Positions 31,687-41,836 of a stretch of 64,000 bases of DNA are shown one piece after another; position 1 is the stretch's first letter, and each line of letters starts with the position of its first letter. The DNA comes from an uncultured delta proteobacterium (lineage in GTDB: Bacteria; Desulfobacterota; Binatia; UBA9968): contig CAVXEP010000022.1 of assembly GCA_963760795.1 (NCBI GenBank), forward strand, positions 192,001 through 256,000, in the 5' to 3' direction. A program made the translations under genes and the position numbers. The notes below the pieces were generated by a model, which did not search any database, was not told the DNA's origin, and saw only the letters and a program-made list of their open reading frames with translations.

Positions 31687-32688
31687 CTATTTGCCACCGT
31701 AGAGCGCTTTGATAAAACCGTTGTCGTCGAATTCTTTCACGAAACGGTTGTCGATGAGCTCGTCAACGTTCATCTTTCTCGCCTCGGGCCTTCTCATCGC
31801 CACTTCCTCCAGGACAAACTTCAGCCCGGCGGGGTCGGCATAGGGCGCTCTTTGGATCACACCATTGCCGAACTCCTCCCAAAGCGCGGACAGAACCTTC
31901 TGATCCTTGTTGCGGGTATATTTCTCCAAGGCTTTGAGCGAAAACTCGCGGTCGGTTTTGTAAATCTTGATTCCCTCAAGCAACGAACGCATCACCCGTC
32001 GCAGCGTATCTGGATTAGACTTGATGTAGGAGCGAGTGGTGACGATGGAACCGCTCGTGTAAGGCACTCCCATATCACCCAAGTTAGCCAGCGTGCGAAA
32101 ACCGGCCTCCGCCAGATTCAGATGGAGAGGCGGATTGACCAGCCCTGCGTCTACCGCCTTGCTGACCATCGCGGCCGCGGTCTCGGCGCCGCCACCGGTT
32201 TGTATCAGCGCCACGTCTTTTGACGAGTCCAATTTCCAGCGGTCTAACAAATAGCGTGTCAGCGCATCGGTCTGTCCACCGAAGCGGCTAATGGCGATTT
32301 TCTTGCCCTTGAGATCCGCGAAAGTTCTAATCGCCGGCGCCGCCATCATACGAAACGTCGCCACGTTCACCGTGGAGGCGATCACGACCAGCTCCGCGCC
32401 CGCGAGATTGGCCTCGACGGCGCCCGGCGACGATGCGTGCGCGACTCTGATCTCGCCGGCGAGCATCGCCTGGATCACCCGCGACCCGCCGCCGATGCGA
32501 ATGATCTCGACGTCCAGCCCGTTTTTCTCGAAGACCCTGGCTTCCTTTGCGATGAAAGGAACGGCCTGTGATCCGTTGGCCTCCAAATGAACGAAACGGA
32601 ACTTGGTAAGTTTGTCCTGGCCGCTGGCTAGATTGCTGACCGTAAACATTAAGCCAATGACCACGAAACCAAGCATCCTCGCAGACAT
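31687..32688 (-). CDS. NMT1/THI5-like substrate-binding protein
   Basis: Signal peptide from ATG 32688, FEKNGLDVE, DLKGKKIAISRFG, tail DDNGFIKALY. Confidence 0.88.
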   Translation of the reverse strand: MSARMLGFVVIGLMFTVSNLASGQDKLTKFRFVHLEANGSQAVPFIAKEARVFEKNGLDVEIIRIGGGSRVIQAMLAGEIRVAHASSPGAVEANLAGAELVVIASTVNVATFRMMAAPAIRTFADLKGKKIAISRFGGQTDALTRYLLDRWKLDSSKDVALIQTGGGAETAAAMVSKAVDAGLVNPPLHLNLAEAGFRTLANLGDMGVPYTSGSIVTTRSYIKSNPDTLRRVMRSLLEGIKIYKTDREFSLKALEKYTRNKDQKVLSALWEEFGNGVIQRAPYADPAGLKFVLEEVAMRRPEARKMNVDELIDNRFVKEFDDNGFIKALYGGK

Positions 32689-32707
32689 TCCAAACTCCCC
32701 CCACCGA

Positions 32708-33913
32708 TCATTTGTATAATTCGCTCGATCGCCGCTCATCGATCCACGACCTCTCGTCGACGATCGCGAGTGCATCCAAATCCGCCGCCACCGCACCGGG
32801 GTCGTCCACCCACTGCCGTAGCAACTCACCGCCATTGATCAGATCGATGGCTAGCCGGTTCTTTTCATATTCATACTCAAAGTCACGCCAAAGATCATAT
32901 TCCGGCTGCAACAAGCGCAGCGCCTTGAACGCCAGCGCCATCAACCGCCACGGCTTGAAAGCATTATGGTCGTAGCTCGGATCGTCGACGTGAATCTGGA
33001 TGCCGGCGCAGAGTTTACCGGCGTGTTTGTGGAAGGTCGGCTCGAACCAGCACTCGCGCAGGCGGCAACCGAGCAGCCAGTCGGGGGCGAATGCCTCCAT
33101 CTTTTTCAACAACGCGCGCGGCTCGATATCCGGCGCGCCGAAAAGTTCCAGTGGTCGCGTCGTGCCGCGCCCTTCCGACAGCGTCGTGCCTTCGAGCATG
33201 ACCGTGCCGGCGTAGCAGCGCGCCATCGATAAATTAGCTGCGTTGGGACTGGGATTGACCCAACTTCTTTTCCCCAGCGGCCAACCGTAACCTGGAGCTG
33301 CCGCCGGATTCCAGCCTGCCATCTTTACGACTTGATAATCGACATCGAGCTTTAGCGTGCTGATAAACCATCCGCCTAATTCACCGAGCGTCAGCCCATG
33401 GCGCATGGGCAATGGACCCGCGCCGACAAAACTCTCCCAACCAGGCCGAAGCCGCAATCCTTCCACCGGCCGTCCCACCGGATTGGGTCGGTCGAGAACC
33501 CAGACAGATTTATTGTGCTGCGCAGCGGCTTCGAGAGCATAGCGCAGCGTGGTGATGAAAGTATAAATGCGGCAACCCACATCCTGGAGATCCACCAGCA
33601 GCACATCGAAGCTAGCCATCATCGCCGCCGTCGGCCGGCGCACTCCGCCGTAGAGGCTGAAAACCGGAATGCCATGTACCGGATCGAGGAAATCCGCCGA
33701 CTCGACCATGTTGTCCTGCTTGTCGCCGCGCAGCCCATGCTGCGGCCCAAACGCCGCACTGAGCTTGATGTCCGGCAGCGCCGCCAACGCGTCAAGCGAA
33801 TGGACCAACTCGCGCGTCACCGACGCCGGATGCGCTAGCAACGCCACGCGCTTGCCTGCAAGCGGCTTGCGCAGCGCTGGTTCATGCAGCAGTCGGTCAA
33901 TGCCAAATTTCAT
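32708..33913 (-). CDS. DUF1343 / NamZ-like exo-beta-N-acetylmuramidase
   Basis: FGPQHG.RG, SLYG, DLQDVGCRIYTF, VLDRPNP, RHGLTLGEL, PSPN, SEGRGTTRP. Confidence 0.88.
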   Translation of the reverse strand: MKFGIDRLLHEPALRKPLAGKRVALLAHPASVTRELVHSLDALAALPDIKLSAAFGPQHGLRGDKQDNMVESADFLDPVHGIPVFSLYGGVRRPTAAMMASFDVLLVDLQDVGCRIYTFITTLRYALEAAAQHNKSVWVLDRPNPVGRPVEGLRLRPGWESFVGAGPLPMRHGLTLGELGGWFISTLKLDVDYQVVKMAGWNPAAAPGYGWPLGKRSWVNPSPNAANLSMARCYAGTVMLEGTTLSEGRGTTRPLELFGAPDIEPRALLKKMEAFAPDWLLGCRLRECWFEPTFHKHAGKLCAGIQIHVDDPSYDHNAFKPWRLMALAFKALRLLQPEYDLWRDFEYEYEKNRLAIDLINGGELLRQWVDDPGAVAADLDALAIVDERSWIDERRSSELYK

Positions 33914-33925
33914 TGTAAGTCTATT

Positions 33926-34507
33926 TTAAGCGCTCTGAATAGGAAGCGCGAGTTCTAGGGCGAAAGAATCGGCATGATGAAAGTCGGGTTTGCCCGCCGG
34001 ATGCCGCAACGCCCAATACGATAGCGTGCCATCGTTGCCTTCGATCACCGCGGTCAATCCGATCCGAAGCCTCGTTCCGGGGTGAATCAGGGCCAAGCGA
34101 TCTAATCGAATCGTTGTCGCAAGCGTCAGCCGATCGGCTATCTGCTCAACAGAAATATTAGGAGCGAACGCATCATTGTCGAGCGGCCAGCCGTCGCGAT
34201 ACGCTCGAAATTGATAAGCCGCCCATTCGCTCGACGGCGAGAAATTAAACTCGTAGTAGGCGGGACTGTCTTTGATACCGATAAACGCCTCAAAACAGGT
34301 GTGCTGCCACAGGCCATCGACGCGCTGTGATGTTGCGACGAGCGGGATGAGCAACTGATTAATGTCCGCTATCAAGGTATACGAGAAGGCCAGCGCACGG
34401 GATTCACTATTATCAACTCTCGCTTCAATCCCATGGATCAGTTGGCGTTGCGATGCCGGGCTCAAGATGAGCGCCGCGGCCGCTGAACTAAAGCGCGTCT
34501 CAGGCAT
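33926..34507 (-). CDS. DOMON-like domain protein
   Basis: DGLWQHTCFEAF, YYEFNFSPS.EWAAYQF, SYWALRHP.GKPDFH. Confidence 0.82.
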   Translation of the reverse strand: MPETRFSSAAAALILSPASQRQLIHGIEARVDNSESRALAFSYTLIADINQLLIPLVATSQRVDGLWQHTCFEAFIGIKDSPAYYEFNFSPSSEWAAYQFRAYRDGWPLDNDAFAPNISVEQIADRLTLATTIRLDRLALIHPGTRLRIGLTAVIEGNDGTLSYWALRHPAGKPDFHHADSFALELALPIQSA

Positions 34508-34594
34508 AAAAGACCGGCTGTAAAATCAGCCGCGCAAATAAATAAACTGAGATGGCCGCATCAGAACAACGAGACAGCGCCGTCAATGCAGAAT

Positions 34595-34909
34595 TTAAAT
34601 CGTCCGAATGTCCTGAGCGATGATCAAGACATCGATTTGCTTGAGCAGACGCTTGAGCCGTTCTTTGAACAGCCTGAAGAATTTTTGCGTCTTGCGGTCC
34701 GCGCGCGCGATAATTTCAATCTTGATAATATCTTCGATAAAATCGATGCCGCGATAGTTCCAAGCTCCTTGATACGGCGCGACTTGAGAGCTAATCGTTC
34801 GCGCGCCGAACACGTCGACCAATTCTTGGCGAATTTGCGTGATTTTTTGCGCTTCGATCTTGGAGCCATCGTTATACTTCAGTGGCAGATATATCTCGTA
34901 CTTTTTCAT
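34595..34909 (-). CDS. Conserved-looking hypothetical protein (MKKYEIYLPLKYNDG)
   Basis: 105-codon ORF with a plausible alpha/beta pattern; function unknown. Confidence 0.65.
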   Translation of the reverse strand: MKKYEIYLPLKYNDGSKIEAQKITQIRQELVDVFGARTISSQVAPYQGAWNYRGIDFIEDIIKIEIIARADRKTQKFFRLFKERLKRLLKQIDVLIIAQDIRTI

Positions 34910-35071
34910 AGGGCAGATGACGCTTTCGCACAAGCGCTTAAGAAAACGATAAAGGCTCGGTATTTCGATGTCAAGAAAATGTTTTCGTCTGTTTTTCGTG
35001 CAGCACCTTGACAGTGTCCTTATCGGCCACTAGAACCGATTCATAGATTTTTCAATTTATGAGGAGCGCTC

Positions 35072-35794
35072 ATGGCTGTCACGGACTACAAAGGACCAGC
35101 ATTCGATTCCAGCGAGCTGAAAGAACTCAAAGCGAAAGTCGTCAATGGGTGCCTGATTCTTGACCGCGAAGGCATCACCGATGGCTTTGGCCATGTCAGC
35201 GTGCGGATTCCGCAACAGGCGGCATTTCTCACCATCGCCCAGGTCAGCCCCGGCTGCGCGGCCCTCGACAAACTGGTTCTGCTTGACCTCGACGGCGACT
35301 ATCTCGGCGGCGCCAAACCGGCGCCCTACGAGTGGCCGATTCATGCGTGCATCATGAGCGCGCGCCCGGATGTCATGAGCGTGTGCCACACTCACTCCAA
35401 ATGGAGCGCGCTGTTTAGCGTGCTAAAAAAAGGGCTCCGCCCGGCGCATATGTACGGCCGATTTCTTCCGGTTGGCGGCGCGCCCATCTATCCCAAAGCC
35501 GGCCTGATCACTTCCGTCGAGCGAGGCCAGGCGCTGGCCGACACATTGAAAGACGGCGCAGCCACTTTGTTGCGCGCTCACGGCGACGCCGTCGTCGGCG
35601 CCAGCGTCGAGCAAGCGATCCTGCGCACGGTGCAGCTCGCGTTTCTGGGCGAGCTGTCGCACTTGGCGGCGGTCCACGGCGGGCCAGACTACTTGACCGA
35701 AGAGGAGCTGGCGACTTTCGCCGGCGACCGGTCGTTTCCGGCGCGCCCATGGGAATATTTCTTGACCCGTTTGGGCGATCGGCGCGTTGCTTGA
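35072..35794 (+). CDS. Class II aldolase/adducin-fold protein, decarboxylase-like
   Basis: DGFGHVSVR, EWPIH, HTHS, LRAHG metal-binding set; RBS GAGGAG. Confidence 0.88.
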   Translation: MAVTDYKGPAFDSSELKELKAKVVNGCLILDREGITDGFGHVSVRIPQQAAFLTIAQVSPGCAALDKLVLLDLDGDYLGGAKPAPYEWPIHACIMSARPDVMSVCHTHSKWSALFSVLKKGLRPAHMYGRFLPVGGAPIYPKAGLITSVERGQALADTLKDGAATLLRAHGDAVVGASVEQAILRTVQLAFLGELSHLAAVHGGPDYLTEEELATFAGDRSFPARPWEYFLTRLGDRRVA

Positions 35795-35866
35795 CAGACA
35801 GATGACCGGCAACTATTGTCGCGACAATAAATTGATTCATCGCGCATTCAGTCTGAAGGAGCATGC

Positions 35867-36595
35867 ATGGCTGCCGGTCGCAAAGACATTCCCACCATCG
35901 ATTCTTCCGAGCTTAAGGAGCTCACCGACAAACTGATTACCGCCTGTCATATTCTCGACCATGAAGGCGTCACCGACGGCTACGGCCATGTCGGCGTACG
36001 CGTCCCCGGCGCGGAGGCGTTTATCACCATCGCCAATATCAGTCCTGGCGCGGTCACGCGCGACCGCTTGATCATGCAGGATTTTGCCGGCAACCATCTC
36101 GACGGCGCCACGACTCCGCCCAACGAATGGCCGATCCACGCCTGCATATTCAAAGCCCGGCCGGAAATTGTCAGCGTGGCGCATACCCATTCCAAATGGA
36201 GCACGATTTTCAGCGTGCTGCCGATCAAGCTCAAGCCGCTGCATCATTATGGCAAGTTTCTCTCCGCCGACGGCCCGCCGGTTTATCAAGGAGTCGGCCT
36301 AGTGCGCACCCTCGAACGGGGCGACGACTTGGCAGCCGCGTTGGGCAAAGGACCGGCGGTGTTGATGCGCGCCCACGGCGACGCCGTGGTCGGTGAAAGC
36401 ATCGAGCAGATGATCGAGCGCACCACCCGGCTGGCGATGTTGGGCGAGTGGAATCACTTGGCCCTGCTGCACGGCCAACCGAGATATCTCAGCGCTGAAG
36501 AGCTGGAAGTGTACAACGCCGACCAACGTTTTCCCTTGCGCGGCTGGGAATATTTCGTCGGCCGGCTGAGCCGAAACAAACGTGAGTTGGAGTGA
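35867..36595 (+). CDS. Class II aldolase/adducin-fold protein, decarboxylase-like (paralog)
   Basis: DGYGHVGVR, EWPIH, HTHS, MRAHG; clearly similar to the 35072 gene. Confidence 0.88.
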   Translation: MAAGRKDIPTIDSSELKELTDKLITACHILDHEGVTDGYGHVGVRVPGAEAFITIANISPGAVTRDRLIMQDFAGNHLDGATTPPNEWPIHACIFKARPEIVSVAHTHSKWSTIFSVLPIKLKPLHHYGKFLSADGPPVYQGVGLVRTLERGDDLAAALGKGPAVLMRAHGDAVVGESIEQMIERTTRLAMLGEWNHLALLHGQPRYLSAEELEVYNADQRFPLRGWEYFVGRLSRNKRELE

Positions 36596-36663
36596 TGGAA
36601 TGTTGGAGTGTTGGAGTACTGGGCCTCCCCTCACCCATGACTCCAGCACTCCATCACTCCAAT
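36587..36663. repeat. Inverted 8-mer tandem arrays (TGGAGTGN x4 / ACTCCANN x3)
   Basis: tggagtga tggaatgt tggagtgt tggagtac ... actccagc actccatc actccaat. Confidence 0.75.
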
Positions 36664-36699
36664 GACCCATAAACTTAACCGCTGAGGAGGACTTTCATC

Positions 36700-37386
36700 A
36701 TGGCCACATCCGCAGAATTTGTCGCAAAACTAAAAAAAGATATCCAGGCGTTTCCCAAGATTCGCATCAAGCATCCGTTCTTGAAAGCGGTCTGCGACGG
36801 CAGCGCCACTATGGAGCAAATTCGCGCCTGGGCGATTCAGGACTATCAATTTCGCGCCGCCGTGCCGCGCATCTGTATGCTGCGCTACCTCGCCTGCACC
36901 GATCCGGAGATCGCGCAAAAGCTCTGGGGCGTGGTCGAGGAAGAGATCCACGGCATGGACACCGGCAGTGCAGGTCACAATGAACTGGCGATCCGCTTCG
37001 CTAACGCCATCGGTCTCACGCAGCAGCAGCTGGAAAATGCCGTACTGCGCCCGTCCACCGCGGCGCATCTTTATTACGTCGAGCTGATCATTCACACACT
37101 GCCCTGGTTCGTCGTCATGTCGATCCAGATCGGCGCGGAAGGGACCTTCGGTCCGGCGGCGGCGGCGATCGGCAACGGCCTGCTGAAAAACTACAAGATG
37201 AATCCCGATGACGTTCGTTTCTTTACCGTCCATTCAGAAGCCGACGAAGATCACAGCAGCCTGGCCGAAGAGATCGCCGTGCGTTATCTCCACTCGCCCG
37301 CGCTCCAGGAGCAAACTTACAAAGCGACGTTTCGCCGCATGGAGCTGCTCTACGACATCTGGTCCATCGACGGCTACGATAAATAA
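36700..37386 (+). CDS. Heme-oxygenase-like diiron enzyme (CADD/PqqC/TenA-like)
   Basis: HPF, EEEIHG...GH, AE, FFTVHSEADEDH; RBS GAGGAGG. Confidence 0.85.
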   Translation: MATSAEFVAKLKKDIQAFPKIRIKHPFLKAVCDGSATMEQIRAWAIQDYQFRAAVPRICMLRYLACTDPEIAQKLWGVVEEEIHGMDTGSAGHNELAIRFANAIGLTQQQLENAVLRPSTAAHLYYVELIIHTLPWFVVMSIQIGAEGTFGPAAAAIGNGLLKNYKMNPDDVRFFTVHSEADEDHSSLAEEIAVRYLHSPALQEQTYKATFRRMELLYDIWSIDGYDK

Positions 37387-37425
37387 GCAAAAACCGGCGT
37401 GGCAATACCGAAACGGAGAAGAATT

Positions 37426-37561
37426 TTCACCACAAAGGGCACAAGGGTACAAAGTAGGGGCCGGTCGTGACCGGCCCAGCTCGGAATCGGATCATTAACC
37501 GCAGAGAACGCAAAGGGCGCAAAGTTCGGACATCTTTGTAGGGGCGTATGGCATACGCCCT
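37426..37561. repeat. Composite repeat: two 9-mer CAAAG tandem arms each followed by a GTAG REP
   Basis: ttcaccacaaagggcacaagggtacaaa + GTAGGGGCCGGTCGTGACCGGCCC (37454-37477); taaccgcagagaacgcaaagggcgcaaag + GTAGGGGCGTATGGCATACGCCCT (37538-37561). Confidence 0.72.
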
Positions 37562-37631
37562 GCGGTGGCGGCATGGCGCTTGCCCGGCAACAAAAATTAC
37601 CCAGCCGACGTAGATTCTAAAAATAATTAAA

Positions 37632-38642
37632 ATGGAACAACTCACCTTAGGATTCATTTCCGCCTTTAACGAACGGGTCGAACCGCTGATGAACGGCACG
37701 ATCGAAGTTGAGGGAGTCGAATTGATTCCCACTTACTCTCATCCGGCCGAGACATTTTGGCGCCAGCTCAAGTTCGGCGAATTCGAAGTGGCGGAGATGT
37801 CGATGTCGTCATTTCTGATCGCCCGCTCACAGGGCGCCGACATGATCGCGCTGCCGGCTTTTCCGAGCCGCCGCTTGTTTCAAACCGAGCTGTCCTACCA
37901 TGTCGATTCCGGCATCGCAAAACCGCAAGACCTCGTGGGCAAACGTTTGGGCGTGGCGGAATATCAGCAAACCGCGGCGTTGTGGTTGCGCGGCATTCTC
38001 GAACACGACTTCGGCGTGTCGCAGTACCAGATTCACTGGTACATGGAGCGGAGCGAGGAGATGAGCCACGGTGGCGCCACCGGTTTCAAACCGCCGCCGG
38101 GAATATCGTTTCAGCGCATCGCCGGCAACAAGAGCCTGGCCTCGACAATTCTCGCCAACGAACTGGACGTCGCCCATGTCTCGAGCCCCTGGGTGCTGCA
38201 AGCCAACACGCTGGACCGCTCGAGCCGCATCACCGGCAAGGGCGATTGGAGCCAAATCAAACCGCTCTTTCCCGACCGCATGGCGGAAGGCGCGCGCTTC
38301 TACCGGCAGCATGGGTTTCTACCGGTCAATCACGCCTACATCATCCGCGGCGACATTCACCGCAAACATCCCTGGCTCGCCGGCAAATTATATGACGGCT
38401 TCGTCCGCGCCAAAGCCTACGCCCAAGATAGACTAGCGGCACAGATTCCGACGGCGCTGATCTTCGGCCAGGAATATCTCGCCACCACCCGCGAGCTGAT
38501 CGGCGACGACCCGTTTCCTTTCGGTATCGCCGCCAATCGCGCCATGCTCGACACCATTACCAGCTACTCCCACGAACAAGGCTTGACGCCGCGCCAGATG
38601 AAAGTCGAAGAACTCTTCGCCGAGAGCACGCTCGACACGTAA
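37632..38642 (+). CDS. 4,5-dihydroxyphthalate decarboxylase-like protein (SBP fold, no signal peptide)
   Basis: PL.NG.I.VEG, ETFWRQL..EFEVAEMSMSS, P.FPSR, DL.GKR.GV.EYQQTA..W.RGIL, G..PVNH, DPFPFGI.AN, YSHEQGL. Confidence 0.82.
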   Translation: MEQLTLGFISAFNERVEPLMNGTIEVEGVELIPTYSHPAETFWRQLKFGEFEVAEMSMSSFLIARSQGADMIALPAFPSRRLFQTELSYHVDSGIAKPQDLVGKRLGVAEYQQTAALWLRGILEHDFGVSQYQIHWYMERSEEMSHGGATGFKPPPGISFQRIAGNKSLASTILANELDVAHVSSPWVLQANTLDRSSRITGKGDWSQIKPLFPDRMAEGARFYRQHGFLPVNHAYIIRGDIHRKHPWLAGKLYDGFVRAKAYAQDRLAAQIPTALIFGQEYLATTRELIGDDPFPFGIAANRAMLDTITSYSHEQGLTPRQMKVEELFAESTLDT

Positions 38643-38678
38643 TTAAGCCCGAACGGTGTTTCAGCCGGGAGGGAAATC

Positions 38679-39707
38679 ATGAAACTGAAGAGCCGCGTCG
38701 CCGTCATCGCTGTCAGCGCCGCAATGTCAGCGGCGATTTTTGCCGTCGAGTTCGCCAGTTCGCAAGCGAACCCCGATCCGCGCTTGATCGAAGGAGCAAA
38801 AAAAGAAGGCGAAGTCATTTTCTACACCACCATGACCCTGGATCAAAGCAAGGAGGTCGTGGATCGCTTTCAGAAAAAATATCCGTTTATCAAGCCGACT
38901 CTGTTTCGCACCGGCGGCGGCCCGCTGCTCAATAAAATTCTCAACGAGGCGCGCGCCGGCCGTCACGCCTGGGATGTCGTCGCCGGCCGAGCCGAGATGT
39001 ATGTGCCGCTGATGGAGAGAAAACTATTGGCTTCCTATCGCTCGCCGGAAGCCAAGGCGATCGACGAAGATCTGGTCGACAAGGAAGGCTACTGGACGGC
39101 TTACTATGTCGTCACCTACGTCTTGGGATGGCATACCAAGCTGGTCAAGCGCGAAGATGTGCCGAAGACCTACGAGGCCCTGGTCGAGTCAAAATGGAAA
39201 GGCCAGCTGTCCTTCGATAACGAGGCGTACGGCATGCTGCAAGGGCTGATGCGCGCCTGGGGACGGGAAAAAGCCATCGCCTATTTTCGCCGCATCGCGG
39301 CCATCAATCCCGCCATGATGCGCGGCAACTCGGAAAGAGTCGCACTGGCGGCGGCGGGTGAGTATCCGCTAATCGTCGCCTACAATCAGACCTTGGAACG
39401 CATGGTTGCCAGACGCGCGCCCCTCGACTGGTTGCCCTTGGAGCCGGCGGTGGTCAGCGCCTTTCCGATCATGATCGCGGCCAAGGCGCCCAATCCCAAC
39501 GCCGCCCGGCTCTACTATGATTTCAGCCTGTCAAAAGAGGGACAAGAGATGATGCGCGGCATGCAGCGTATTCCGGTGCGCAAAGATGTCGAACCCCATC
39601 CGCCGCGGCTATTTCGCGGCTACAAACGCGTGGTGGAAAACCCCGAGGATTACAAAGACTTCGAAGGACTGGTAAAAACCTACAATGACATTTTCAAGCT
39701 TCGTTAA
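38679..39707 (+). CDS. Extracellular solute-binding protein (Fe3+/thiamine/polyamine cluster)
   Basis: Signal peptide, GAKKEGEV.FY, FQKKYPFI, PKTYE.L, APNPNAARL. Confidence 0.85.
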   Translation: MKLKSRVAVIAVSAAMSAAIFAVEFASSQANPDPRLIEGAKKEGEVIFYTTMTLDQSKEVVDRFQKKYPFIKPTLFRTGGGPLLNKILNEARAGRHAWDVVAGRAEMYVPLMERKLLASYRSPEAKAIDEDLVDKEGYWTAYYVVTYVLGWHTKLVKREDVPKTYEALVESKWKGQLSFDNEAYGMLQGLMRAWGREKAIAYFRRIAAINPAMMRGNSERVALAAAGEYPLIVAYNQTLERMVARRAPLDWLPLEPAVVSAFPIMIAAKAPNPNAARLYYDFSLSKEGQEMMRGMQRIPVRKDVEPHPPRLFRGYKRVVENPEDYKDFEGLVKTYNDIFKLR

Positions 39708-39741
39708 GCAAGTCCCGACGAAGTAACCAGCAGGAGAGGTA

Positions 39742-40756
39742 ATGGCGAAGTTACGGTTAAACTTTATTTCCGCATTCAACGAACGGGTCGAGCCGCTGAT
39801 GCAAGGCATCGTTCAAGCGGAAGCGATCGAGATCGTGCCGACCTATTCGCATCCATCGGAGACCTTCTTGCGCCAGCTGCGGGATATGGAGTTCCCAGTC
39901 GGCGAGATGTCGATGTCGTCCTATCTGATCGCCCGCGAGCGCGGCCTCGATATGATCGCGCTGCCGGTGTTTCCCAGCCGCCGGCTGTTTCACACCGAGC
40001 TTTCCTACCACACCGACTCCGGAATCAAGAAGCCCGAAGATATCATCGGCAAACGCATCGGCGTCAGCGAGTATCAGCAAACCGCGGCGCTCTGGCAGCG
40101 CGGCATCCTCGACCACGACTTCGGCGTGTCGCAGTACAAAGTCCACTGGTACATGGAGCGCACCGAGGCCATGAGCCATGGCGGCGTGACCGGCTTCACT
40201 CCGCCGGAAGGGAATTTCGTTCCAGCGGGTGCCGCCGGACAAGAGCCTCGCGTCGATGCTGGTGAATAAGGAATTGGACGTGGCGGCGATCAACAGTCCC
40301 TGGAAAAACGCGCCGAGCCAGCTCGGCCGCTCGCACCAGATCACCGGCGCAGACGGCGACTGGAGCAAAGTGAAGCTGCTCTTTCCCGACCGCGTTGCCG
40401 AAGGCAAACGGTTTTTCGATAAGTGGGGATTTCTCCCGGTGAACCATGCCTACACGATTCGCGGCGATATCTATCGAAAACACCCGTGGGTCGCTTTCAA
40501 CTTGTACAGCGCCTTTGTCAAAGCCAAGGAACACTTCAACGCCAAGTTGGTCGATAGCATTCCGTCCGGGCTTTTCTTCGGCAAAGAATATTTGACCAAG
40601 ACCCAAGAGATATTCGGCAACGATCCCTTCCCCTACGGGGTCAAAGCCAATCGAAAGTTGCTGGAAACGCTCATCGACTTCTCGCACGAACAAGGACTGA
40701 TAACGAAAAGGCCCAAGATCGAAGAGCTATTCGCCGCGAGCACGCTAGATTTGTGA
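39742..40756 (+). CDS. 4,5-dihydroxyphthalate decarboxylase-like protein (frameshift near 40212)
   Basis: Close paralog of 37632; EMSMSSY, FPSRR, EYQQTA, PVNH, HEQGL across ORFs 39742 and 40229. Confidence 0.82.
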
Positions 40757-40850
40757 CGCTTAAAGCGATGCGGTTGTCGAGGAATGGGCCGACAACTCGT
40801 CGGTCGAACGGTTCCAGCGCGAGCGAATCGTTGAAGGACTAAGTTAAAAC

Positions 40851-41825
40851 ATGAAAAGAGATATTCTCATCCCGCTCTTGATCGCCGTTGCCATGCTGGC
40901 CTTTGCCAGCGCCAATCATGCAGCGTCGTTAAAATCGGTCAACTTCGCGTCGAACACACCGACGTTGAGTGGCACGTTGCCGCTGGTCGTCGCCCAGGAG
41001 TTTGGTTTCTTCGCCGCCGAAGGTTTGGACGTCAAAACCGTGCTGATTCGCGGCGGACCGACGGCCATGGCGGCTCTGGTAGGCGGCGGCGTCGATTACA
41101 CGCTGGTGGCCGGCGTGGCAGCGGTACGGGCGATCGCGCAAAACGCGCCGATGACGATCATCAGCGGCCTTCAACCTTACATGGACTACACGTTGCTCGG
41201 CGCCAAAGGCGTCACCGGCGTCAACGACCTCAAGGGCAAAGTCGTCGGCGTCACCGGTCCGGGCGGCATCGCCGAGTTCGCCACGGTGGAAGGGCTGGCC
41301 AAGAAAGGGCTGGTGCGCGACCGGGATTATAAAGTCCTTTATGGCGTCGGCAACAGTCCGGCGCGCGCTCAAGCTTTAGAAACCGGCAAGATTCACGCCT
41401 CGCCATTTTCTTTCTTAGAAAGATTGGAACTGGAACGGAAAGGCTATCCCACTCTTTTCGATATCGGCAGCGTCATGCCGGGATTTCCTTTCGTAGTGAT
41501 CGTTACCAGTAAACAAAAAATCGAGACCGATCCCGAAGGAATCGTTTCAATGCTGCGCGCGATCAAGCGCGGCTTGGACTTCCTCGCCGGCAACCATGAA
41601 AAAGTCGCCGCCGTGGTGATTAAGAAGAACAACTTCGGCGACCCGGCCACGGTGCGCAAAGTCATCGCGCAGTTTGCCGAGGTCTATTCGGTGGCGATCA
41701 CCAAAGACGACATCGAAGCGCTGATCGCCGCCACGCGCATCGAAGCGGAAGCGAAAAAGCTCGGCGGATCGGAAAAATTCTTTACCCGGCAATTTCTCAC
41801 CAAGGCTCTCGGCCAAAGCCGTTGA
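40851..41825 (+). CDS. NMT1/THI5-like substrate-binding protein
   Basis: Signal peptide, GFFAAEGLDV, DLKGKVVGV. Confidence 0.88.
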   Translation: MKRDILIPLLIAVAMLAFASANHAASLKSVNFASNTPTLSGTLPLVVAQEFGFFAAEGLDVKTVLIRGGPTAMAALVGGGVDYTLVAGVAAVRAIAQNAPMTIISGLQPYMDYTLLGAKGVTGVNDLKGKVVGVTGPGGIAEFATVEGLAKKGLVRDRDYKVLYGVGNSPARAQALETGKIHASPFSFLERLELERKGYPTLFDIGSVMPGFPFVVIVTSKQKIETDPEGIVSMLRAIKRGLDFLAGNHEKVAAVVIKKNNFGDPATVRKVIAQFAEVYSVAITKDDIEALIAATRIEAEAKKLGGSEKFFTRQFLTKALGQSR

Positions 41826-41836
41826 AAGGAACCATC

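Noticed and set aside
36700-37386. PqqC supplying PQQ for the two dehydrogenases
   Set aside because: No pqqA/B/D/E adjacent, and a CADD-like diiron ligand set is present
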